A stretch of DNA of 64,000 nt from an uncultured Gammaproteobacteria bacterium. GTDB taxonomy: Bacteria > Patescibacteriota > Patescibacteriia > CAZSQN01. Position 1 is the stretch's first letter, and each line of letters opens with the position of its first letter. Location of the stretch: NCBI GenBank assembly GCA_964609095.1, contig CAZSQN010000002.1:12633-76632 (forward strand), given 5' to 3'. The notes beneath the pieces are model-generated. The model did no database searches. It was given only the letters and a program-made list of their open reading frames with translations, and was not told the origin of the DNA. Shown here piece after piece: positions 56,926 to 64,000 of the stretch. Made by a program: the position numbers and the translations under genes.

Positions 56926-58062
56926 CTAAATTCCATTAACCCTTGCAGATTTTAATTTATCAGCAATTTGTCGCCATATTGTTTCTCTTAATCTTCGTCC
57001 TAAACAATAATTGTCTCCGTACTTTAAAAGTCCAAAGTATGACTGCGCTGACTGGCGGAAACTTTCGTCGGATATTTCGCCGTTCTGATACGATTCAATG
57101 TGCCGCCGCATAACGCAAAATATCCGTTTTTTTGTTTTCAACCGCAGAGTCCGATAATGTGGCCGAAACGCTTGTCCCACAAAATCAATGCCGTAAGAAA
57201 GTTTCCTGATTGAAACTTTCTTTGGGTGGAGTTCTAAACCGCGCTCTTCCAACAGATATCGCCGTATCTGAAAAAGCGTGTCTTCCAACACTGCGGGACT
57301 TCTATGTAAAATAATAAAATCATCGCAAAAACGAACATACCAACGCATACCAAGTTTTTCTTTCACAAAATGGTCTAATCCGTTAAGATAAATATTTGCG
57401 AAAAGCTGGCTGGTCGCATTGCCGAGCGGAAGTCCGCATCCGGGCTTTTCATTGGCGCAATAACTCTGTAAGATTTCTTTAATCAGCCATATAATATTTT
57501 CATCTGATATTTTTCGTCTTATAATATCCAACAGAATATCCTGCCGCACCGAATCAAAAAACTTGCGGATATCGCATTTGAGCGCGTAAACGACAAAATG
57601 ATAATTCGCGGTTGCTTGCCGGAAAAACTTTTCAAGACGGAGCACAGCCGCGTGCGTGCCTTTATCTTTTCTGGACGAATATGAGTCAAAAATAAACTGC
57701 GGTTCAAATATCGGCTCTATAATCTGAACAACAGCCTGATGCGCCACTCTATCTCGCACTATTGCTTTGCTGATATACCTGCGCTTGGGATCATTAACAA
57801 AAAAATGTTCATAAGAACCATGATAATAGGTTTTATTTAAGAGGATTTCGTGAAGCGAAAAGATGTTATTTTCCAAATCGCGCGCAAATGCCAAAACATC
57901 CGTATTGTTCATTTTGCCTTGTTTAAACTTTTCCCAAGCATTATAAAGATTTTCTAACGAGATAACTTGTTCAAAAATGTTATGACCTTGAATTACCCCC
58001 CCCCGAAGGAATTTGACAGATGGCTCACCGGCTTTGCCGGTGAAGAGTTTGGATTGGTCCAT
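56926..58062 (-). CDS. diversity-generating retroelement (DGR) reverse transcriptase
   Basis: RT motifs KCDIRKFFDSV, GLPLGNATSQLFANIYL (the DGR-type [ILV]GxxxSQ rather than group II QGxxxSP), VRFCDDFIIL and GLELHPKKV; start placed at MDQSKLF because the further 5' ORF extension is antisense to avd and low-complexity; adjacent TR/VR pair. Confidence 0.85.
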   Translation of the reverse strand: MDQSKLFTGKAGEPSVKFLRGGVIQGHNIFEQVISLENLYNAWEKFKQGKMNNTDVLAFARDLENNIFSLHEILLNKTYYHGSYEHFFVNDPKRRYISKAIVRDRVAHQAVVQIIEPIFEPQFIFDSYSSRKDKGTHAAVLRLEKFFRQATANYHFVVYALKCDIRKFFDSVRQDILLDIIRRKISDENIIWLIKEILQSYCANEKPGCGLPLGNATSQLFANIYLNGLDHFVKEKLGMRWYVRFCDDFIILHRSPAVLEDTLFQIRRYLLEERGLELHPKKVSIRKLSYGIDFVGQAFRPHYRTLRLKTKKRIFCVMRRHIESYQNGEISDESFRQSAQSYFGLLKYGDNYCLGRRLRETIWRQIADKLKSARVNGI

Positions 58063-58398
58063 AAACTTTACGAATTTTATAAGCTCATACATCAGGATAC
58101 CGCAAAATTTCCCAAAACAGAAAGACATACATTGGCTGAAACCATAAAATCCAAAACGCTTAAACTTATTGACGGCGTCTGGGAAGCCAATTCGCTCCCT
58201 TTGCCCGAACGCCTCGTTTTGCTGGAACGGCTGCAAAGAACGCTTGATCTTGTTAAATTGCTCATTCGCCTCATCCGCGACTTGGGCATCTATCAACTTA
58301 AAGGATATATCTATCGCGAAGCTCGACTCCAAGAAATCGGCAAAATGTTAGGTGTGTGGAAAAAAAATACGCGCAAACGGCTCGGTTTAGACCCATAA
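57982..58398 (+). CDS. avd: Avd-like four-helix-bundle accessory variability determinant (23S rRNA IVS-protein family)
   Basis: KLYEFYKLIHQDTAKFPKTERHTLAETIKSKTLKLIDGVWEA and LDLVKLLIRLIRDLGIY parallel the IVS/Avd consensus (FPKxER...L..QI...IAEG ... IRLGYL); on the strand opposite to RT, overlapping its 5' end by about 80 bp; a C9 homopolymer lies in the overlap. Confidence 0.6.
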   Translation: MTLNYPPPKEFDRWLTGFAGEEFGLVHKLYEFYKLIHQDTAKFPKTERHTLAETIKSKTLKLIDGVWEANSLPLPERLVLLERLQRTLDLVKLLIRLIRDLGIYQLKGYIYREARLQEIGKMLGVWKKNTRKRLGLDP

Positions 58399-58399
58399 C

Positions 58400-58430
58400 A
58401 AAAAAGCTCCGTATTATCGGAGCTTTTTTG
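58400..58430 (-). ncRNA. stem-loop in the TR-RT spacer (AAAAAAGCTCCG-ataata-CGGAGCTTTTTT)
   Basis: perfect 6-bp GC stem flanked by A/T runs, immediately 3' of the TR on the RT-sense strand, where DGR RNAs carry structured spacer elements. Confidence 0.4.
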
Positions 58431-58443
58431 CTTCTTGAATTGC

Positions 58444-58560
58444 TTCCGCGCACCGCCCGCCTTCGTTGTCATATGGGTTCGCGAGATCATCGTCATTTCA
58501 CCTGTTCACGTTGACCCTGCCATTGTACTCGTTCGCATTCAAGGCGTTAGGCCCGAAACG
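58444..58560 (-). other. DGR template repeat (TR)
   Basis: 117 bp homologous to 58915-59031; every one of about 20 differences is an adenine on the minus strand of this copy versus a non-adenine in the other; in the target reading frame it encodes AAC/AAT-rich RFGPNALNANEYNGRVNVNR*NDDDLANPYDNEGGRCAE with an internal TGA; 3' end shares a GC-rich block GGCGGGCGGTGCGCGGAAG with the VR. Confidence 0.8.
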
Positions 58561-58830
58561 CAATGTGTCGTTTTCATCCGTAATCACCGGAGGAAACCGT
58601 GTGGTCGCCTCCCGAACTCCAAAACTCTCGGAGGGGTCTTTGACGGCATCCCGTCCTAAAAACGGCACGAAGCGGTTCAAGATAGTTTCTCTAAATTGTC
58701 TGCCTCTTTGTCCCGACACAATCGGGACAAACTCTCACAAACAAATCAAGGGTTTTGGCAACCTTCATTCCAAAATAATCGGAACGGAGATATACGAACC
58801 TCAACCAAAATTATTTTAGCAAAAATAAAA

Positions 58831-58858
58831 AGTCCCTTCAACCGAAGCTGAAGGGACA
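58831..58858 (-). other. GC-rich hairpin immediately downstream of the VR/target gene stop (GTCCCTTCA-...-TGAAGGGAC)
   Basis: 9-bp perfect stem about 45 bp 3' of the target stop codon, the position where DGRs carry a homing-associated stem-loop. Confidence 0.45.
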
Positions 58859-58899
58859 AGTTTCAAGCGGACAAAAGGAACAAGCGATCAGGACTCAAG

Positions 58900-59628
58900 T
58901 TACATCTTGACCACTTCCGCGCACCGCCCGCCAGCGCAGTCATATGGGTACGCGAGAGCATCGTCATCCCACCTGCCCACGCAGACCCTGCCAATGGACT
59001 CGTTCGCACGCAAGGCGCCAGGCCCGAAACGGGTGCGGAGCCAAGACCAAGTTCTATTATCAAGCATGACGCTGGTTGCGGCTTTGTGAACCCACCAGAC
59101 AAGCGCATACTCTTCCAGCGAAAGCAAGTTCAATCTTTGCTCTTTGGTGAGTTTATTCCAGCTCGTGCCCAAGCGAGGACACTCTTGGGCAACTTCGGCC
59201 CAGAACCAGTAACCGGTTTGGGCTGGTTCCCAGACGATTTTCTTCCTGTCGCTCTCGTCCACGACAGTCCAGTGTTCGTCCTGGCCAACGGCCTTCATCA
59301 AGGCCTCGTAGGAGACCTCTGAGGTTGGAGGGCGATAGAACAGGTCTTGATTCATGGCCTGGCGCCTCTTGTACTCTTCATCTGGAACAGGAGGAACTGG
59401 TATTTGAAGGGAAAAACCAAGCTTGTAGTACCAGTCCATGAACCAGTTGCGGCGATTCGTGGCAAAGTCGCCGGAGGCAAAGGTTTTTGCGCCTTCCTGC
59501 TCCCTGCTCTTTGAGAGGTTCAAAACCGCTTCCTGGATCTGCTCGGCCGTTAGACCAAGCGAGATACCGAATTGCACCAGCTGAACAGGGGTGAGAGGAA
59601 CTGCCGCGGGGGTACGATATGCGGACAT
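58900..59628 (-). CDS. DGR target (variable) protein, VR at C-terminus (58915-59031)
   Basis: 242 aa; C-terminal ...RFGPGALRANESIGRVCVGRWDDDALAYPYDCAGGRCAEVVKM aligns codon-for-codon with the TR, with substitutions only at TR AAC/AAT/GAA/TGA adenines (N to G, N to R, Y to S, N to I, N to C, N to G, * to W, D to A, N to Y, N to C, E to A). Confidence 0.75.
   Translation of the reverse strand: MSAYRTPAAVPLTPVQLVQFGISLGLTAEQIQEAVLNLSKSREQEGAKTFASGDFATNRRNWFMDWYYKLGFSLQIPVPPVPDEEYKRRQAMNQDLFYRPPTSEVSYEALMKAVGQDEHWTVVDESDRKKIVWEPAQTGYWFWAEVAQECPRLGTSWNKLTKEQRLNLLSLEEYALVWWVHKAATSVMLDNRTWSWLRTRFGPGALRANESIGRVCVGRWDDDALAYPYDCAGGRCAEVVKM
58915..59031 (-). repeat. DGR variable repeat (VR)
   Basis: see the TR entry; adenine-specific mismatch pattern; the 19-bp GC-rich IMH-like block is at the 3' end (58915-58933). 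Confidence 0.8.
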
Positions 59629-59721
59629 GATTTGCGCTCCTTTCTTTGAGCTTGATTGTTTCTAGGAACAAATCCCGTAGAATCACGGGAGATTTTATAA
59701 TACCTGAATCTAAGGAAAATG

Positions 59722-60831
59722 TCAATGGCCCCCCTTTTTTGAAAATTGGATGCAAAAATCCGCCAGCCGATGAGCCGCGTCCCGCGGAAAAATTTTTTTG
59801 ATATTTTCCCGCAATTCCGCCATTAGTTTTTTATCTTCAAAAAGATTCTTAAGCAAAGGAATTGTTTTAGCGCCAAGCTCGGCCTGTTTTAAAACCAAAA
59901 CCGCCTTTTTTTCTTCAAGATATTTGGCGTTAACTTCTTGGTGGGTTTCGGGGATCGGCGCCAAAACGGCCGGAAGCCCTAATTCCGACAATTCTGAAAT
60001 AACGCCCATGCCGGCGCGGGAGACAACCAAATCCGCGGCCCTGTACGCCAAACCCATATTAACGCCGGAAAGAAATTCAAACGCCCTGTAATCTTCCTCC
60101 CGCGTCCGCGGGGCCTTTTCCGCTTCCCCTTTTCCGATACCGGTCAAATGCAATACCTGAAAATATTTTTTTAGTTCTTCTTTGCCGGCAAAGACAAAAT
60201 CATTAAGCGCGGCCGCGCCGGTGCCGCCGCCCAAAACCAAAAGAACCGGTTTCTCCATCTTGAATCCGAAAAAATCTTTGGCGGATTGAGCGTCTATTTT
60301 CGCGGCTTCCCGGATTTCGGCCCTGACAGGATTGCCCACGCACCTTGTTTTGGGATGAGGAAAACTTTGAGCCGTTTCATAAAAAGCCGTTGTCACCATT
60401 CTGGAAGCCGGCGCCATAAGCAGATTAGCAAGACCGGCCGCCCTGTCTTCCTGGTGGATAATTATCGGCACGGCAAGCAGCCACGCCGCCCAAGCAAGAG
60501 GCACGGATACAAATCCGCCGGCAGAAATAAAAATTGTCGGACGGAACCGTAAAATTATTATCAGGCCCTGGATAAATCCCAAAAAAAGAAAGAACGGCAT
60601 AAACAAATTGCGGACATCCATCGCCCGCCGCAGTTTCGCGCTTGCAATTGCCCTATAGGGAATGCCGTAAAAGGCAATAACATTTTTCTCCGGTCCGCGC
60701 CTCGTGCCGACCCATAAGCGGACCAGCTTAAAACCGCCTCTGACGGAGGCGCTCTCTAATTCCTGATTAACGGCAAGCAAGGGCGTTACCGGCCCCAAAG
60801 TTCCTCCGCCTGAAAAAATTATGCGCATCAT
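59722..60831 (-). CDS. murG: UDP-GlcNAc--MurNAc-(pentapeptide)-PP-undecaprenol GlcNAc transferase
   Basis: 369 aa; N-terminal RIIFSGGGTLGPVTPLLAV glycine loop; GT-B fold blocks. Confidence 0.9.
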   Translation of the reverse strand: MMRIIFSGGGTLGPVTPLLAVNQELESASVRGGFKLVRLWVGTRRGPEKNVIAFYGIPYRAIASAKLRRAMDVRNLFMPFFLFLGFIQGLIIILRFRPTIFISAGGFVSVPLAWAAWLLAVPIIIHQEDRAAGLANLLMAPASRMVTTAFYETAQSFPHPKTRCVGNPVRAEIREAAKIDAQSAKDFFGFKMEKPVLLVLGGGTGAAALNDFVFAGKEELKKYFQVLHLTGIGKGEAEKAPRTREEDYRAFEFLSGVNMGLAYRAADLVVSRAGMGVISELSELGLPAVLAPIPETHQEVNAKYLEEKKAVLVLKQAELGAKTIPLLKNLFEDKKLMAELRENIKKIFPRDAAHRLADFCIQFSKKGGH

Positions 60832-60832
60832 A

Positions 60833-60907
60833 AAGGGTTTAGGGTATAGGGTTTAGGGTATAGGGTTATAAAAAACTATATCCCATACCCTATCCTCTAT
60901 ACCCTTT
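60833..60907. repeat. telomere-like palindromic element: (GGGTTTA/GGGTATA)5 - AAAAAACTATAT - (CCCATA/CCCTATA)3
   Basis: AAGGGTTTAGGGTATAGGGTTTAGGGTATAGGGTTAT ... CCCATACCCTATCCTCTATACCCTT between the murG start and ftsW stop; same family as 47716-47803. Confidence 0.6.
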
Positions 60908-62021
60908 GTTTTATTGCTTGTCTTGACACATTCGCCACCACTCCTACTGCCGCCAAAGACACGGCCAAAGAAGTTCCGCCATAGCTTATAAAAGGCAGGG
61001 TTACTCCGGTAAGCGGCAAAAGCCCCAGCATCGCGCCCATATTAACAACTGACTGGACGGCAAACCAGGAAATGATGCCAATAACCGTAAGCCGTCCAAA
61101 TGGATCGGGCGCGGAGCTTGCCGCGGCCAACCCGCGGAAAAAAATAGCAAGCAGCAGGACAAAAAACGCGAGCGTAAAAATAAATCCCAATTCTTCGGCC
61201 ATCACGGCAAAAATGGAATCGCTGGCCGCTTCCGGCAAATGCAGAAGTTTTTGCTTTGAGCCGCCAAGTCCGGCTCCAAAAATCCCTCCGGAGCCAATGG
61301 CTAAAAACGCCTGACTTATCTGATAGCCAATGCCTTGCGGATCAAAATCGGGATTCAAAAAGGTTAAAAAGCGCGCCGCCCTGTAGGGAGAAAACTTTAT
61401 TAAAAAGAAAAAAAGCCCGCTTCCGGCGGCGATTATCCCCGCCAGATACGCAAGCGGCGCTCCGGCCATAAAATAAACAATGACGGCTGTCGCCGCGATA
61501 ATGGACATCGTGCCCGTGTCCGGCTGAAGCATCAAGAGCCCGGCTATCGCTCCCAATACGGTTAAAAACGGCAAAAGCCCGGTATGTAAATCTTTTACTC
61601 CTATATGCCCGCGGTCTTCAAGCCAGGCGGCAAGATAAAACAAAAACGTAAGTTTGACAATCTCCGCCGGCTGAAGAGAAAAATTGCCGAGCTGTATCCA
61701 GCTTTTGCTCGTGCCCCAATTGGCGGCCAGCCCTGGCAGAAAAACCAAAATCAGCAAACCGATGGAAACCAAAAGAAGCGGGAATGCTTTGGCGCGGAAA
61801 TAATGATAATCAACGCGCGAAAAAATTAAAAATAAGATAAGTCCGGGCAAAAGGCCGTAAAAAATCTGATGCTTGAGATAAAAAAACATATCGCCGTGCT
61901 TAGCGTAGCCAAGCGGCGCCGAGGCGGATTCCAGCATAGCCAAGCCGAATAAAACAAGCATCCCGACCAAAATTAAAAAAATTTTATCCGGCTGATTAGA
62001 ACGAAAAATATTCCGTTTCAT
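60897..62021 (-). CDS. ftsW: SEDS-family peptidoglycan polymerase FtsW/RodA
   Basis: 374 aa, about 10 TM segments; located between murG and the upstream dcw-type genes. Confidence 0.9.
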   Translation of the reverse strand: MKRNIFRSNQPDKIFLILVGMLVLFGLAMLESASAPLGYAKHGDMFFYLKHQIFYGLLPGLILFLIFSRVDYHYFRAKAFPLLLVSIGLLILVFLPGLAANWGTSKSWIQLGNFSLQPAEIVKLTFLFYLAAWLEDRGHIGVKDLHTGLLPFLTVLGAIAGLLMLQPDTGTMSIIAATAVIVYFMAGAPLAYLAGIIAAGSGLFFFLIKFSPYRAARFLTFLNPDFDPQGIGYQISQAFLAIGSGGIFGAGLGGSKQKLLHLPEAASDSIFAVMAEELGFIFTLAFFVLLLAIFFRGLAAASSAPDPFGRLTVIGIISWFAVQSVVNMGAMLGLLPLTGVTLPFISYGGTSLAVSLAAVGVVANVSRQAIKQRV

Positions 62022-62029
62022 AAAAAATA

Positions 62030-62072
62030 AGACCTATAAGGCCTATAGGTCTCATAGGTCTTATTTTTTATT
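62030..62072. terminator. bidirectional palindromic terminator AATAAGACCTATA-AGGCCTATAGGTCTC-ATAGGTCTTATTTTTT
   Basis: about 12-bp stem flanked by A-run and T-run between the lon stop and ftsW start. Confidence 0.5.
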
Positions 62073-63999
62073 TCCTCAAAGCAATCTTTAAAACATCGTC
62101 CATCGTTTCCGCAAAATGAAATTTTATTTCATGGCGCACATTTGCCGGCACGTCAACCAAATCCTTTTCATTGTCCTTGGGCAGAATAACAGTCCGTACT
62201 CCGGCCCGATGCGCCGCCAGTACCTTTTCTTTGACTCCGCCGATCTCCATTACCCGTCCTCTTAGCGTCACTTCTCCCGTCATGGCCACATCTTTCCTCA
62301 CCGGACGTTTGGTTAAAAGCGAGACCAAGGTTGTAGCCATAGCCACTCCGGCTGACGGCCCGTCTTTGGGAATGGCGCCCTGCGGCACATGCACATGAAT
62401 ATCTGATTCTTTGTAAAAAGCGTCTTTTATCTTAAATTCTTTGGCGCGGCTCCGAGCGTAAGAAAACGCGGCCTGCGCGCTCTCCTGCATCACTTGCCCC
62501 AGTTGTCCGGTCAAAATAAGCCGTCCGCTTCCAGGCATTTTTGTTGACTCTATAAACAAAATCTCGCCGCCGGCTTGCGTCCAGGCAAGCCCGGTCACTA
62601 GTCCCACTTCATCTTGTTTTTCCGCTTCCATCAAATGAAATCTCACCGGCCCGAGATATTTTTCCACGTCGCTCGCGCCAACCGTCAATGATTTTTTCTC
62701 TCCCTCCGCCACCAGCTTGGCAAACTTGCGGCAAATGGCAGCCAATTCGCGCTCCAAATTCCTGACTCCGGCTTCGCGCGTAAATTCGCGGATAACCTTT
62801 CTCGATGCCGGTTCCGTAATGGCGAGCTGTTTCTCCGTAATGCCGTGATTTTTAAGCTGCTTGGGAATAAGATATTTAGCCGCGATATGAAACTTTTCAT
62901 CCTCCGTGTAACCGGGAAACTCTATCACCTCAAGCCGGTCGCGCAAAGGCCCGGGAATAGTGTCAAGCAAATTGGCCGTAACTATAAACATCACGTCCGA
63001 AAGGTCAAACGGCACCTCTATATAATGGTCGCCAAAAGCGTTATTTTGCTCCGGGTCCAGAGCTTCCAAAAGCGCGGACGAGGGGTCTCCACGCAAAGCA
63101 TCAGAGCCCAACTTGTCTATTTCATCCAGCATAAAAACCGGATTGCGGCTGCCGGCCGTCTGAATCCCCTGAATGATGCGGCCGGGAAGCGCGCCCACAT
63201 AAGTGCGGCGAAAACCGCGGATTTCCGCTTCGTCGCGCACGCCGCCCAAACTCATGCGCACAAACTTCCTGCCCAAAGAACGGGCGATTGATTTGCCGAT
63301 AGAGGTCTTGCCCACTCCGGGCGGGCCGACAAAACACAAAATCGGACCTTTGATTTTGCCCACCAGCTTTTGCACCGCCAGATATTCCAGAATCCGTTCT
63401 TTTACTTTTTCCAGACCGTAGTGGTCTTCGTCAAGAATATCAGCCGCCTTCTTTACGTCTATTGCGCTTTTATCCGCCTTTGACCAGGGCAAAGTAATAA
63501 GCCAGTCCAGATAAGTACGGACATAAGAAATTTCCGGAGAAAAAGAAGGCATGCCCTGCATGCGCGCGAGCTCTTTAAGAGCGACTTGTTTTACGTTTTC
63601 CGGCATGCCGGCGGCCTCCACCTTTTCGCGCAAATCCTCGGCTTCTGATTTTCCGGAAATCATTCCCAATTCTTTTTCAATCGTCTTAAGCTGTTCGCGC
63701 AAGACCATTTCTTTTTCCATTTTCTGCAATTCCTTGCCGGTGTCCGACTGAATTTTCTTGGCCATGCGCAGGACATTAATCTGGCGATTAAGAGCGTTCC
63801 CGACTTTTTGCAGTTTCTCTTCAACCGTTTCAGCTTCCAGTATCATTTGCTTTTCGTCTATCCGGAAATCAATATTAAGAGCCATAAGATCGCCGAGCTG
63901 CCAGGGGTCGGTCAAATTCATAACCACCAGCAGAACGTCAAACGGCACCGAAGCGCCCATATTCACGACCTCCTTAAACAGATTTACCGCGGAATACAT
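62068..63999 (-). CDS. lon: ATP-dependent Lon protease (5' end outside the window)
   Basis: AAA+ Walker A GPPGVGKTSIGKSIA; proteolytic domain PKDGPSAGVAMATTLVSL with the Ser-Lys dyad region; the ORF runs off the window end. Confidence 0.9.
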   Translation of the reverse strand: MYSAVNLFKEVVNMGASVPFDVLLVVMNLTDPWQLGDLMALNIDFRIDEKQMILEAETVEEKLQKVGNALNRQINVLRMAKKIQSDTGKELQKMEKEMVLREQLKTIEKELGMISGKSEAEDLREKVEAAGMPENVKQVALKELARMQGMPSFSPEISYVRTYLDWLITLPWSKADKSAIDVKKAADILDEDHYGLEKVKERILEYLAVQKLVGKIKGPILCFVGPPGVGKTSIGKSIARSLGRKFVRMSLGGVRDEAEIRGFRRTYVGALPGRIIQGIQTAGSRNPVFMLDEIDKLGSDALRGDPSSALLEALDPEQNNAFGDHYIEVPFDLSDVMFIVTANLLDTIPGPLRDRLEVIEFPGYTEDEKFHIAAKYLIPKQLKNHGITEKQLAITEPASRKVIREFTREAGVRNLERELAAICRKFAKLVAEGEKKSLTVGASDVEKYLGPVRFHLMEAEKQDEVGLVTGLAWTQAGGEILFIESTKMPGSGRLILTGQLGQVMQESAQAAFSYARSRAKEFKIKDAFYKESDIHVHVPQGAIPKDGPSAGVAMATTLVSLLTKRPVRKDVAMTGEVTLRGRVMEIGGVKEKVLAAHRAGVRTVILPKDNEKDLVDVPANVRHEIKFHFAETMDDVLKIALRK

Positions 64000-64000
64000 C

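Noticed and set aside
58063-58332. N-terminal 90-aa extension of the RT ORF (56926..58332)
   Set aside because: The extension is low-complexity (FGFYGFSQCMSFCFGKFCGIL) and exactly antisense to a well-formed Avd-like ORF. The RT start is placed at MDQSKLF (58062).
56926-58332. Group II intron or retron interpretation of the reverse transcriptase
   Set aside because: Motif 4 is LGNATSQ (DGR type) rather than QGxxxSP. No maturase/X domain or intron RNA domains are evident. An adenine-specific TR/VR pair and an Avd gene are adjacent.
58311-59108. ORFs 58311..58496, 58498..58719 and 58863..59108 over the TR and VR
   Set aside because: These are alternative frames of the TR/VR repeats (similar peptides MTMISRTHMTT / MTMLSRTHMTA arise from the repeat itself). 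Only the 58900..59628 frame gives the AAC-codon pattern in the TR and a full-length protein.

Overview
This 64-kb window is dense, mostly minus-strand housekeeping DNA at about 50% GC. It has the character of a small-genome Patescibacteria/CPR-type bacterium, an attribution that rests on gene content and organisation only. Recognisable genes include glyA, folD, dnaB, recR, rplU, the mraZ-rsmH-ftsL cluster, uvrC/uvrA/uvrB, ftsH, greA, msrB/msrA, ftsX/ftsE, murE-like/murD/murG/ftsW, a P-type ATPase and lon (partial), plus four tRNAs (Gln, Gly, Thr, Lys). Several features are not housekeeping:
- A complete diversity-generating retroelement (DGR) sits between a DHH-like gene and murG. It has a reverse transcriptase with the DGR-type LGxxxSQ motif, an Avd-like four-helix-bundle gene, a 117-bp template repeat, and a target gene whose C-terminal variable repeat differs from the template only at template adenines.
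- An AT-rich island is inserted into the 3' end of greA and duplicates the greA terminus and terminator. It carries a zinc-ribbon NUDIX gene flanked by inverted hairpin repeats, two overlapping genes of unknown function, and a RhuM/Fic protein.
- Two different tRNA loci (Gly and Lys) each carry a direct duplication of the tRNA 3' end separated by a homologous ~70-90-bp insert.
- Many period-7 tandem repeats lie in frame inside conserved genes (folD, mraY-like, uvrC, uvrA, Mur ligases).
- Four intergenic telomere-like (GGGTTTA)n/(CCCTATA)n palindromic elements are present.
- Recurrent intergenic motifs include an ATTCGC/ATTCGCGCGAAT family, AAGTTATGTGCGGGGTTGACA overlapping -35 boxes, a GTTCTTTGA 5' leader motif, and a duplicated ~95-bp module with a perfect 28-bp palindrome.
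- There are tandem paralog families of secreted/membrane proteins and a membrane-anchored ClpC-like ATPase with a degenerate first nucleotide-binding domain.
All calls are from reading the sequence and ORF translations; no database searches were run.
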